Source: Perkinsus olseni
Lineage: Eukaryota
Assembly (NCBI GenBank): GCA_013115125.1
Contig: JABANN010000074.1
Location: 60,656-80,655 of the forward strand
Reading direction: 5' to 3'
DNA: 20,000 bases
In this document: in pieces, positions 1 to 10,828 of the stretch
Numbering within the stretch: the stretch's first letter is position 1
Layout: each line of letters opens with the position of its first letter
The notes under the pieces: generated by a model
Told to the model about the DNA's origin: nothing
Seen by the model: only the letters and a program-made list of their open reading frames with translations
Databases searched by the model: none
Translations under genes and position numbers: made by a program

Positions 1-2142
1 GAAGGCGGGGCCTGGAGCGAGGGGAGCTGATGAAGGGACTTTGCGAGCGGAAAATGAGGACTTGAAGGCAACAAGGCGTTGTTGGGCGTTGACAGTCGAA
101 GTGGCTGTTTTCTCAGAACCAGTTGGCTAAGCTGAGGGCTGAGATAAGGACATCTATCGGAGGTGATGTCGATCAAGCGTATCTTAGATCTCTGTGATTG
201 GCATGCTTCGACCTCCCTCAGACGATGGTACGGGGCTGGATTCGGACGCGGAGTCGGAGGCTGAGGATGATGAGGACTATGTTGACGATTTGCCTGCCAA
301 CTTCCTTATGCCGGAGAGTCAGAAGGGTGAGTTGAGGATGGAGCGGTACTAATATAGCCTCATAAAAACGGCATTAGATCATTCGGCATTGGATACTGGT
401 CCACTCGAAAATTGCAGAGCGTGGCATAATACAGATTTGTACGCAGATCCACTGATTAGGTGTGGCCACAATGAGGAAAAATTGCGGAAAAACTTTTTGA
501 TCTCCCCATGTATTAAATATTTTGGTATAAATTAATTTCGAGATTTTCTCTTGAAATTAAGCGATGCACAATATTTTTGGTGATATCTTTATGCTCGGTA
601 GGTAAGACGCGTGCGTCAGTGTCAGCTGAGGCCTATGGTGCTTGGAACGTGAAGCAAGCCTTCACTGCCCCTGTAGTGCCCAAGTCTGAGGAACAGAAAC
701 AGAGGATTAGAAAGGCACTACCGCAGCCTCCTCCTGGCATGCTGCTCAATCAACGTCGTGGATAGATACTGAGCAAGTCGTTCATGTTTGCCAGTGTTGA
801 GGAGCGAGAGATGGCTGTCGTTGTGGACGCGATGGCGGAGGTAGTGAATAGGGGTGTAGAATCATAATGTGGGTGAATTGCGGTTGCGAGGGGGTCAATG
901 TTAGGATTCCCGATTGCGCACGTCCAAGATTCTAGTATTTTCATCTGTGAGTATTCGAGTATCGCATGCGGATGCCAGTCTAGCTTCATTCCGTCGATTA
1001 TGGAAGGAAGTGGAACGCGTCAGTTGGGGCGAGCGCAACATCTCTGTCGGCGACATGGAGATTGTTACGATCGCCACTTGTGGTCCTGTGGTGTACTCGG
1101 GCCGTTGTCTGGTGAGTCCTCTTCAGGTTAAACTCGAGGCGGGGGTGCGCGTTATCAAGCAAGGTGATGATGGCGATTTCCTCTTCGTTATCGAGGAGGG
1201 CACGCTGGACTGCATCAAAGAGGTATTAGCAGTACACGCTTGGTCAACTGTGATGGAAGCCGTTGTGGTCAGATCGATGGCGAGGAGAAGGTCGTGAAAA
1301 CCTGCGAGAGCGGAGACGTGTTCGGTACCATCCGTTACAGAAGTTTATTTCAGTATTTTGCGTCTCGGTAGGGGAACTGTCACTCCTCTACAATTGCCCG
1401 AGGGCGGCTCATGTTCAATCGAAGGACGCTTGTGTGTTGTGGAAGCTCGATAGGGAGACCTTCAATCATATTGTCAAGGTGAGTTGCGGAAAATGTGGTA
1501 TCAGTAGCACGCATCGACAGTTCATCTCAGGACGCTGCTGCTGAGAAGCGCGAACGCTACGAGACTTTCCTACAGAAGGTTCCTCTTCTGGCAGCCATGG
1601 GAGCTTATGAGCGATCCCAAGTGAGAGTCATGAGTCTCGCATCGGTGCCGTCCTGTATTGTCCTAGACGTTGGCTGGCCTGGTTAATTCTTGCCTGTCGC
1701 GTCGAGCCAGCCAGCTGTTGTCTCTCAGATAGCGGACGCCCTGAAGCCTCAGTCGTTTGCCGATTCTGATGCTGTGATAATGACCCAGGGGGAGCCAGGG
1801 GACGTCTTCTATATCCTAGAGGAGGGTTCTGCATATGCTGAGAAAAACGGCGCGAGGGTCGGCCGCCAGCCAGTGGAGTCGAACCCTCAACGCTCGTGAG
1901 TAGGTGATGGAGTATTCTCCCGGCAGCTACTTCGGCGAGTTGGCCCTCATTAAGAATGAACCCCGGGCGGCGACGGTGAAGGCTGGCGGTGAGTTGGCTG
2001 GGTGTGGACGATGATGATGATGTGAAGGGTTCCTCCTCCAGAGTTGGGGGCTAAGTTGTTGGCACTCGATAGGAGGTCGTTCAAGAGGCTCCTCGGCAGT
2101 GTGGAGGAGTTGTTGAGGAAGCAAGCGGATGAATATCAGTGA
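1..2142 (+). CDS. PKAR: cAMP-dependent protein kinase regulatory subunit, 5' end outside window. Exons <1-67, 117-162, 222-326, 602-714, 766-840, 1127-1222, 1273-1324, 1372-1478, 1531-1620, 1729-1857, 1904-1988, 2042-2142
   Basis: Phase-consistent manual splicing gives an acidic linker, the inhibitor-site segment KTRASVSAEAYGAWN, CNB-A (VIKQGDDGDFLFVIEEG...FGELSLLYNCPRAAHV) and CNB-B (MTQGEPGDVFYILEEG...YFGELALIKNEPRAATV). Stop TGA at 2140-2142. PRAA rather than PRTA indicates cAMP-type phosphate-binding cassettes. Confidence 0.96.
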
Positions 2143-2764
2143 AGAGGGCTCCGTCGGTATGTCTCTCCACGAGGAGGTTGGTTTTTAGGAGACGAAATCC
2201 GCGCCTGAAATGATGGTGGCAATTATTTGGGAATTTACAACACGTCGTGTTTGTGTTCGAAGTGATTTGGTGCACACGAGTCGGCTCCTGTGGTGGCGCA
2301 TCTTCTGCCTCGGGGGCTCGCTTCAGCGGATGGTGTGCTCTCTCTCACATTGGGACGGTAGTGGCTCTCTTTCGTGTGAGGCTCTTCGATGGAGTGGCTT
2401 CAGGAGGGTTCACGTTGCGTCGAGATTTTGATATTTTTCTATTCAGAGATCGATGCCTGCTGGATGACTATCAGCTCAGCCCTCGGGCCTCCCATGACGC
2501 TAATGTCCATGGAATCATTGTTGTCTGCCGGAGTTCGTCGTCTTGTGTTGCAGTGGAAGTGGGGAGGTCGAAACGTATAAAAAAGGAGAAAGCTGTTATG
2601 GGCTCCTCGCCCGCATCTTTTCGACCGAGGACGCTGAGCTTGGAGCATACATTCTGATACGCCGAAGGCTACCGATAGTCCTTCTAGGATCGCATCTTCC
2701 CGTTTCGAGGGTATCCAAGGTCGATGCTTGTCAAGGATAGAAAATGTCGTAGTGTTTCCCCTGG

Positions 2765-5487
2765 ATGCACTATCAACTGACACGGTGGAGACGAGTAACC
2801 CTAGCGGCCACAGTGGCAGCCTTCAGCGGTTTTTACATCGCCTCTGATATCAAACGACGGGAAGCATGTAGGCCCTCCCTGTTAGAGGTGGTCAGCCAAC
2901 GACCTGCCCTCTCAGGTGCCACCTGGGCTCGATCGCTCACCCGCGGTGCAGCCCTCATCAAACTCGTTACTCAACAGCAGCAGGAGGCCGCAAGCATGTC
3001 TTCAATCCGAGGGGAGCCACCCGTCCAAGGAGGGCTGATAGGAAGCGTCACGCGGCTCATAATCCAATCAGCATCTGGGATGGAGGTTCTCACACCGTGA
3101 GCGTTGCTAGGCCCTCCTACGGCGTCCAGCTTATGCCTTCAGATCTGCACAGCTTCAACTGGCAAGTGACAAGTCCTTCCTAGAGTTCCTCTGGGCCTGC
3201 CATAGCCAAGATATCCTCATGCGGCTCTTCGCTGCCATACCACCCCAAACGGTAATCGTGAGCGTCAGGTTGACCGCAGCCTCCTCCCCTAGGCTATCAA
3301 CATAGTAGCTACAGCGCCGTCAACGACAGCCCTCCTTTCCTTCTGCGAAGCCTTCGTCGGCGACTCGACACCTCGGTTTGAGTGAGTGCCCCTGCGTGAA
3401 GCTCCCGTCTGATGGGGTTGTTTCTCAGGCACCTCTGCCGTGCTGTGGACTGGTTCCTTCCAGCGGACTTCCCCTCCCTACTGACCTTCTCGGCCGACCA
3501 GTCTGCGATCGAGCGAGACCGAAGCAAGGCCCTTGACGTCATCAACAACGACACCTCCGCCACGGCACGCGTTTGTGCCCGATTCGTACTCGCGAAGACT
3601 GCCGAGGAAATGCCCGACAGGAGGTGCGCCTTCGGTAGCCCCTTGGGGTATAATTTTGGTTCCATCTTCAGGTTTGAGCTCTCACCACGACCGTCGGGTG
3701 ATGCCACGCCAACAGAGAAGCGTCTATGGCTACGAGAGACCGAAGCCTGTTGGCTCGCTGCAGCTGATAAGGTCGACATACCGCAGGACTTCTCCGATGG
3801 GATTGTTGGCGACTTCCTCACTATTGATAGATCTTTCGCTATCCACATTCTGACACTTCTAGCTGCTCGCCATCGGCTGAGAATGTCCGACAAACAAGCA
3901 GCTTTGTTCACTGATGATGAATCCCTGGCCATCTGGTCGGGAGCTGAAGACGTTCTCGACATCCCCAACTCGGTTCTCTTCGCCTTCCTCCCTTCGCCCG
4001 CCTGCTGGGGCCTCGTCAACCGTTGGGTAGCAGCCGCCCCTCTCGGCGATAGTCGCATCGACTCCGTCCTCACGACGGTGATTGGCCTCGGAGAGGACTA
4101 CCTCGGTGTCACCGACTACGAGCTCTTCGCTAAAACCCAACTCCAGGCCGACTCGCCGCTGCGAATGGCCGATGACATGACCCTTGTGGTCACAGAGCCC
4201 AGCGAGAAATCCGTCCCTCTGTCCGTTCTCTCCCGAGAGGAGCTCCTCGGCCGTATCTCGATCCTGGCCGAGCTGGCTACGTCAAGGCCCGAGTTCCGAG
4301 GGTTGGTCGGCGAGGCCTTGGGTGCCACTTGCCTGCCTCTGTGTATGAGGCTGCTTCCCCAGGGCAAGGGCATGGTCGCCAAGTGTGCTGCTAACTTGGT
4401 CGAGCTACTGCCTCCCACCAGTGAGTACGTCCCCGAGCAACCCCCCGCCGAAGTCGATGACGCAATGGAAAGTGTCGAGGCTTACTATGAACTCCGGAGA
4501 CTCCGGAAAAATATAGCCACCAAGAGGGTGATCGGAGCGCCACAGTACGTCGAGGGTGTCCTGCCACTGGTCGGTGATGAGAGTACCACCGAGTACGACA
4601 TTGTTTTTGTTCACGGCCTGCAGGGTGGGTTATATACGTGGCGAGAAGAGCCATCCTGGATGAGAGAATTGCGAGAGAAACAAGTTGAAACTGAGGACAC
4701 TACGGCCGAGTCGGGACCGCAGTTCCACTGGCCTTGGTCGTCCTCAGCTAAGGCCGAGGAGGTCGACAGTCATCAATGGAACGATTGGCAGAGGCCCGTT
4801 CTTTGGCCAGTTCGCGATCTATCTCCGCTCTTCCCTCGAGCGAGTATCTTCGCCTTCGCCTACGATGCTCCTGTGTTCTCCTTCATGCTCAAAGGCCCAT
4901 ACGTCCAGAAGACTTGCCCCACGACCCTTCAGGACATCTCCGACCTCCTCGTCGCCGGCCTCTCGCGTGCTGGCATCGGTCGTAATGGCAGACCGGTTGT
5001 GTTTGTCGCGCACTCCCTTGGTGGTCTCATTGTGAAGGCGGCCCTTCTGGAGGACGATGATCTGCAGAAGTCCACCAAAGCGATTTGCTTTTATGCGACG
5101 CCTCACGGTGGCTCCCCTCTCGCGCTGAAGAGTGAACGAATCATCCTTTCTATGCTCTTCCCCGAGTTTGTTCGGGAACTCTCGCCGAACAGCGAGTGGC
5201 TCAACAAGCTGAACGACGATTTCGCGATGAAGGACTGGGAACAGATCGATGTTCTCTCGATCGCGGAATCTGCTGTCACCTCGGTTGGAGGCGGCGTGAA
5301 GGTTCGGATGGTGCCACGTGAAAGCGCTTCTTCAATACACATGGGGGAGCTCGTGGACGCCCCTCCGGGAGTTGACCATATTGGTGTATGCAAGGTTAAT
5401 GCCTCCGACTTGAAGGATGATGTCCGATTCACGAAATTGGTTGAACTCCTACGCCGTTTCGAACGTCGTATGTTCCCCTCAACGTGA
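2765..5487 (+). CDS. SERAC1-like alpha/beta-hydrolase (PGAP1/DUF676-like lipase domain), ~862 aa. Exons 2765-3096, 3143-3251, 3293-3381, 3429-5487
   Basis: Three short GT-AG introns join ORF 2765-3100 in phase to ORF 3412-5487 (2589 nt total). C-terminal motifs are DIVFVHGLQG, LWPVRDL, RPVVFVAHSLGGLIVK (nucleophile elbow), FYATPHGGS and DHIGVCK. A basic-hydrophobic N-terminus (RWRRVTLAATVAAFSGFYIA) and helical middle match SERAC1 architecture. Confidence 0.85.
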
Positions 5488-6405
5488 CTTGTTTTTTATA
5501 TATCATCAACTGTTTAGTATATTATTATTCCGTAACCCTTGCTCTGTGCTGTGTACGTTTGCGTGTAGTTTCACTTTGCGCCGATGTTGTGATGGTGTTG
5601 TCACAGTACTTATGCCCTGGTACGGAGGCAAACAGTGAAAGCAAGATGCTGCGCAGCTTGCACGGTGAATTTTGAGGAACTTTATGCACTGGTGTAACAG
5701 GCATATGATATGCCGCATATCTTTCTTTATACGAGACTGTCATAATCACCGACATCATATGGAAAACTGGTGTAGAATTGAGGGCACGTGTATGAGACTC
5801 AATCATTGAGTGAACCCCTCAAGAAGGCGTTCCTTAACGCGGAAACACTCCCGAACGCGGCAATAAACTGCCCAGCGCACCCGATAGACAAACCGGGCTT
5901 GATGGAGTGCGACCTCATTTCTCCTCGATGACCTTCTCACTCACGGATGGACGAAGTTGATGATCGTATACATACTTCGCCGGGATGGTCATCGACTAGG
6001 GGGGCGATGCCAAACGCAACTCTATGTACTGGTTAAAGATGACGCGAGTACGAAGCCAGTCACAGTCAGACGTCTTGTTTGCGGTGCGTGAGCTAGCATA
6101 ATCGTCTATTTGATGAGCTTATTTTCTGCTATACCATTGATTGTTCGTGTGAGTTTATAGTCCAACACCGGTTCCGGCTTAGTCAGACCCTTGCCGATGT
6201 GTTCAGTTGGAGACTTTCTGAAGCGTTGACATGCAGTGCAATCAGACAGATTGTCAAGAACCTTCCGTCAGGGGTATATTCAACCCGAGAAGCTCCTTCC
6301 TCCTGACAAGATCCGCTTACACATCCATTGATCGTATTTCATTTTGTCGATGATTCCTGGATACCCGGAGAAAGTTGCCAGGAGGCTTCAACAAGAATTA
6401 TAGTG

Positions 6406-6487
6406 GACAGCGTGTCCGAGTGGTTAAGGAGGTGGACTAGAAATCCACTGGGCTCTGCCCGCGCAGGTTCGAATCCTGCCGCTATCT
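6406..6487 (+). tRNA. tRNA-Ser (anticodon AGA), long variable arm; possibly degenerate
   Basis: Acceptor GACAGCG, D-loop CCGAGTGGTTAAGG, anticodon arm GTGGA-CTAGAAA-TCCAC (AGA at 6439-6441), variable arm GGGC-TCT-GCCC, T-arm GCAGG-TTCGAAT-CCTGC. The 3' acceptor strand CGCTATC has one C:A mismatch. A TTTT run starts at 6487. Confidence 0.9.
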
Positions 6488-6783
6488 TTTGTGCAAAGCT
6501 TGCAAGTGCTCCCCATGTCCGGCATTCCTGTTCGTCACCACCTCGGTCACCGAGGTGGCACCGAGGCTCGGTGTCCGCTGCTGATACACTTGGAACTGAG
6601 TGATGTGGAGTGGACTCATACGCCAGCGAGTTCATATCCGACGAGCAGGAAACGACAGTCAACTACCCCCGATAGTATATCGATGACTGTTGGAGTGATA
6701 GTCGAACCGACTTAAATGCGTCAAAGTGATATGCCACGGTACAAGTAAACAAGACTCGGTGTACAGGAGACCAGATGCGATAC

Positions 6784-7260
6784 TTACGTACTGCCGCTGG
6801 AGATCATTCCACTCGCGAGCTCAAAATGAGAATCAACAAAGTTTCCAATCCATGCAGGCCCTGCGGCGTAATCCTTAGGAGGGTTATTCTCAATATATCT
6901 CAATAGAGCATTGCATTTGTCTTCAGTGATAGGACGCCCGAACTCGCTCTTGATCAGATCGGGCAGATGAGAGAAAGGATTTACATCACCAAAGGTCGTG
7001 TTGAATTCGCTCGGCAGCCCCATGACGTCCCCATCCCCCTTGCGAGCCAGTATCTTGTGAGCACCAATATCGTCAACTCTAACCCCGTCTCGGACCCTAA
7101 CATCAGGCTGACCATGATCTATACCTACAGCATCGCTATACGGATTAAAAATTACCAGAAGACAAAATAGTAGTTTCTTTTGACCAGAATTCGTCATGTC
7201 TGATGATGACACTGATCGACCAACCCTAAGAAGGGCAAGATATCTTAAACCTTTTTTTAT
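6784..7260 (-). pseudogene. Secreted-family paralog A, probably 5'-truncated/degenerate. Last exon 7096-6784, intron 7155-7097
   Basis: Last exon carries the family motif FGDVNPFSHL...FGRP....C..L..YIE..PP..Y..G..WIG.F. The donor TTCTG|GTAA sits at the same Trp codon as in copies B-D. The upstream exon has an in-frame TGA before RILVKRNYYFVFW, and no conserved signal exon is found upstream. Confidence 0.6.
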
Positions 7261-7603
7261 CTGGAATTATTTAATGTGGTGGATGAGCTTGGCCGCTACT
7301 TATCCGGATGTTAAGTCCGTCTGTTTCCGATGGAAGCCTTCCGTTTCTTCAATCTTTCATCTGGGATTTTCTCTGCTTGTGTTGTGTAACTCGTAATAAT
7401 CAATGACAGGGAAAATTTTCTATGAAGATGAGAGAACGCTCTGCTCAAGAGGAATACTATAAGCTTCGTGGCCCACAAACGCTGGCGTGTTCCAGCTTCA
7501 CTGCCGCTGGAATTTGTGACACTAGATCGTAATTTGGTCACTTACTTCCATTGGAAGTTTCTTCTCATTGGTACTTGAAGACCTTCGCTTGTGCGTTGCC
7601 ATA

Positions 7604-8817
7604 TCAACCAGATAGTCTGTGAATGACTAATACCTGGTCGCTCGGGTCCTGCGCATCCCTAAATTCGATTTTCTCAATATCACTAATTTCGTATCTTGAC
7701 TGGGCTTCGAACCTGCAGCTTCTCAGAGTATAACTCAAGGTGGTGGAGCTGTAATCAGGCTTTACCCAGGAGACTCCATTCTCCTCAACCATCTCGTATG
7801 GTGTATCCTCGTAATAAAGAAGGCAACCACCAAGTGTGATATGCATAGTAAAATGTCCAGGTTTTTGAAGGAACACCAAAACTTCCGAGGTTGCTCCACT
7901 GCCACCATCATACAGACCACTCGGGTGAGGCTTCGTTGGGACTGTAGGAGTCGGACTAGTTGCCGCGGGAAGAGGACTTGGTGGCGGCCGAGTCGGGATA
8001 CCACCCGTAAGTGGCGACTTCGCGCATCGGAACGCCTGGAAGTAAATGCCAGATGTTTACAAGACTCGCCGTGGATATCGGGGTCGCCGCAGTTGTCCAG
8101 CTGCGTCGTGAAGTCTGTCCCGCCAAAGTCGGGCACCATAATCGTGGATGCGGCTGAGATGATAGGGGGCATTGCGGACAGTAGCAACGCAACTACCGAG
8201 CTTGACAGTCGAGCTCATGAGGAGCAGGTTCTCGTAGAACTCGATGGTGCTAACAGAGTTTGAATGTTCGTCACTCTGGTAGATCCCCACAGGGGGAGTC
8301 TCATCAGGTGGGGCACCAGCGAGCTCGAAGACCCATTCTAAACCATCCACGATGAAAGCAGTGACTTGCTCATCCTACCATCCTTCGAAGAAACTTGGAG
8401 GCGACTGAACTGGCCACTGCGTACAACCGCGTCGTTGCAACTGTCGAGCTTCGACTCGAAGTTTGTCGATCTGTAGCCGAGGAATACCCAGAAACCGTCG
8501 TTAGGCGTTGCGATCAAACGCACTCTATAGGGAGGGCTGAGGCTGTAGGCTGATTCCTGCTTCGAAGCGAGTTTCGGGCTCGGCACTCTCGGCACTCTCG
8601 GCACATACCTCTGCCGCGGGATTAGTCTAGCTGGAATAGATAAAACACTTACCGCTGTCTAACTTTTGTGAGCTAAGTCCTGTATTCCCCACCATGGACG
8701 CGAAGTGCTCTTCGTGTCTGGCCAGGCTGCGTTATTAGCGGACTCACCATGAGCAGCCGATGAGCCATGAGCCTGATCTACATGAACAGAAGATGCTTCG
8801 CTCCGTTCTTTGCTCAT
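7604..8817 (-). CDS. Multi-exon hypothetical protein; ends uncertain
   Basis: Phase-consistent GT-AG introns 8378-8338 and 8196-8154 link ORF pieces ...RLQVSSKD / EWVFELAGAPPDETPPVGIYQS...STVKL / AASTIMVPDFGG.... ORF 7604-7879 looks like a further coding segment. Further donors (GTGAGT, GTAAGT) lie near 8748 and 8653. No recognisable family. Confidence 0.5.
8579..8605. repeat. 9-bp tandem repeat (CTCGGCACT)x3, last copy imperfect
   Basis: Directly visible; reads VPRVPRVPS on the minus strand. Confidence 0.85.
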
Positions 8818-9834
8818 TGTCTTTTATCTTCATCGTGGTCATGTTTAGTTTCCCCAGTTGGCAGGCAACCGCACGCTTGCCCCATATTCCGCCGTATCAC
8901 AGGAAGTCCGCTCCATCTCCCTGTCTCCGTCTATGAGAACCGTTCGTTAGTCATACAGGTTACACATTGTTGCCTACAACCTGTTGAAGTCTATCCTGAA
9001 GGTGTCGTCAATCCCTCTGTTAGTATTCAGCGGAAATCTACAACCAGACTCGGATAGTTTGCTTTTGCTGCGAACACGATTCACCCATGGTCAGCGCAGA
9101 GAAATTGACGGGTACGAGAGTTGGTGGGCACCCTCGTTATTATTCAGCTGAGAATAGGTCGATAGACGATAAAGAGGTCCAGACTCTGCTGGACGTTGTG
9201 GATGCCCTCGTCATAACAGCACACGATGAGTAGACTGACTGACCAACTGATGAGGAGACAGCAGCGTTGGCAGAACCGAGAACGCGGGAATAAGGGGAAG
9301 GCTCATCGATGGGCTATTTGGAAGTTGCGGAGCCGCCTACTTGTCCGAGTCTGATGGGTTTCCTATTGAATCGAATAGCTCAATGACCTTCGCCTGTTTC
9401 TTTTGCAAGACTTAGACTGAGACTGTCATGACGGAGGCATACCCTAGGCAGAAGCTGATAGCAGATAGACCTGTGCATCGGCAATTAGTATGATCTATCA
9501 CGTGCGGCTGACAGTAGGCAAAGGTATGAGAGTATCACAACGATACCTTCAAATACGGGACTCTCACACTGGGCTAGTAACGCGGCAAGTCGCTTTCAAG
9601 CACAATACGTCCCAACGACAGACGATGCCTGCCGTGTCTGTGGCGAGGAGTGCCAGACCGACCATCTGTCAATTGATGATTCTGATATGAAGGGTCTCTG
9701 AGGCCCCGAGTGGGAGCCCCAAACTACGCCGACGAGGAGAGAAGAACCCATCAATCGAAATGTTGAACACTTCAACTCGACTGTATCTTCATAAACATGA
9801 ACATCGTCACAGCTAACATGATTATCATCACACT

Positions 9835-10757
9835 TCAATGCCTCTCAATGTTTGCGCCTTTCCGTTCGCGAATTTTCGCAACAATTTTATCAATATTTGT
9901 CTGAACGAACTGACCAACCCACTGCTCTCCTTGGCTGTAGTTCTCAGGAGGAGTATCCTCAATGTAGCGGAATAAACGATCGCAGCTGCTCTTTTGGAGA
10001 GGGCGCCCGAAATCTTTCATAAGTGCTCCGACTAGGTCAGCGAAAGGATTGATCGCGCCAAACTCCCTTCGAAATTCATCGGCTGGTAATTCCATAAATT
10101 CGTCCCCTCCACCGCCGAATCGTACAACTTGAAAGCCCTGTATGTCCAATACAGTGTCGAACCTGAGTTCAAAGTGATTCAAAAAAGACCGGAGCGGCTT
10201 AATCCGTTTTATTCAACGATAAATTGGGGAGCTCTTATTTTTTCGTGTTTTACGAAAGCGTATGAGCACGAAAGTGCCTTACCAGAAGTGTAACCAGTTA
10301 CCGTTTCCCATCCCTTCTTCCCAGCGGATAAGTAAGTTTTTCTCATCCAACATCACCGATAAATTAGGATATTCTTTCGGTGAGGCATACATCTTTTTGC
10401 AAACGGTTTCGAAAGGGTAGGTCACCTGAGCCAGGACAACCTCGAGGGAATGATAAGGTCTGCGGAAGATGACTGCACCACAGAGCTCGAACGGTTAACA
10501 ATAAAAGACAGATGGAAGGTTCGACAATAGACTAGTGGCATCCTTAGGATGCCCAAATTCACAGTAATCTACTCCGGCTGTTTATCTGGAGCATGTAACC
10601 GCCCATGGGCGCAGGTCAAGACTGACTCAGTTGAGTGGAAGAAGGAAGCACCCCGGTGATTCCCCCCTCCACGTACCTTGGACTTCGAGGCAGTCTGCAC
10701 AGCCATGGCGACCGTGACCAGAGCCGGCAGTACGGACAGGATGGAGTAACCGAGCAT
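9835..10757 (-). CDS. Secreted-family paralog B, 183 aa. Exons 10757-10677, 10425-10283, 10162-9835
   Basis: Exon 1 encodes the signal-peptide-like MLGYSILSVLPALVTVAMAVQTASKSK. Phase-0 and phase-2 GT-AG introns give an open 552-nt CDS: VTYPFETVCKKMYASP...LHFW|FDTV...FGAINPFADL... Confidence 0.85.
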
Positions 10758-10828
10758 TGCACTGGAGGGAGGTGGAAAGGTGTTGTACGTTGCAAATTCC
10801 TTTTCGAGCAGGAGCCTGCGCCCGCCGG
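10634..10828. repeat. Dispersed ~190-bp repeat (5' flank + signal exon + intron start), copy 1 of 3
   Basis: Near-identical to ~12670-12867 and ~13874-14039. Confidence 0.93.

Noticed and set aside
2143-2764. Several 60-136 aa ORFs between PKA-R and the hydrolase
   Set aside because: No motifs or consistent splice pattern; likely UTR or intergenic sequence.
3309-4073. 254-aa minus-strand ORF and other ORFs overlapping 3400-5450
   Set aside because: Antisense or alternate-frame shadows of the GC-rich hydrolase exon.
6328-6662. ORFs on both strands across the tRNA
   Set aside because: Typical spurious translations of a tRNA gene.
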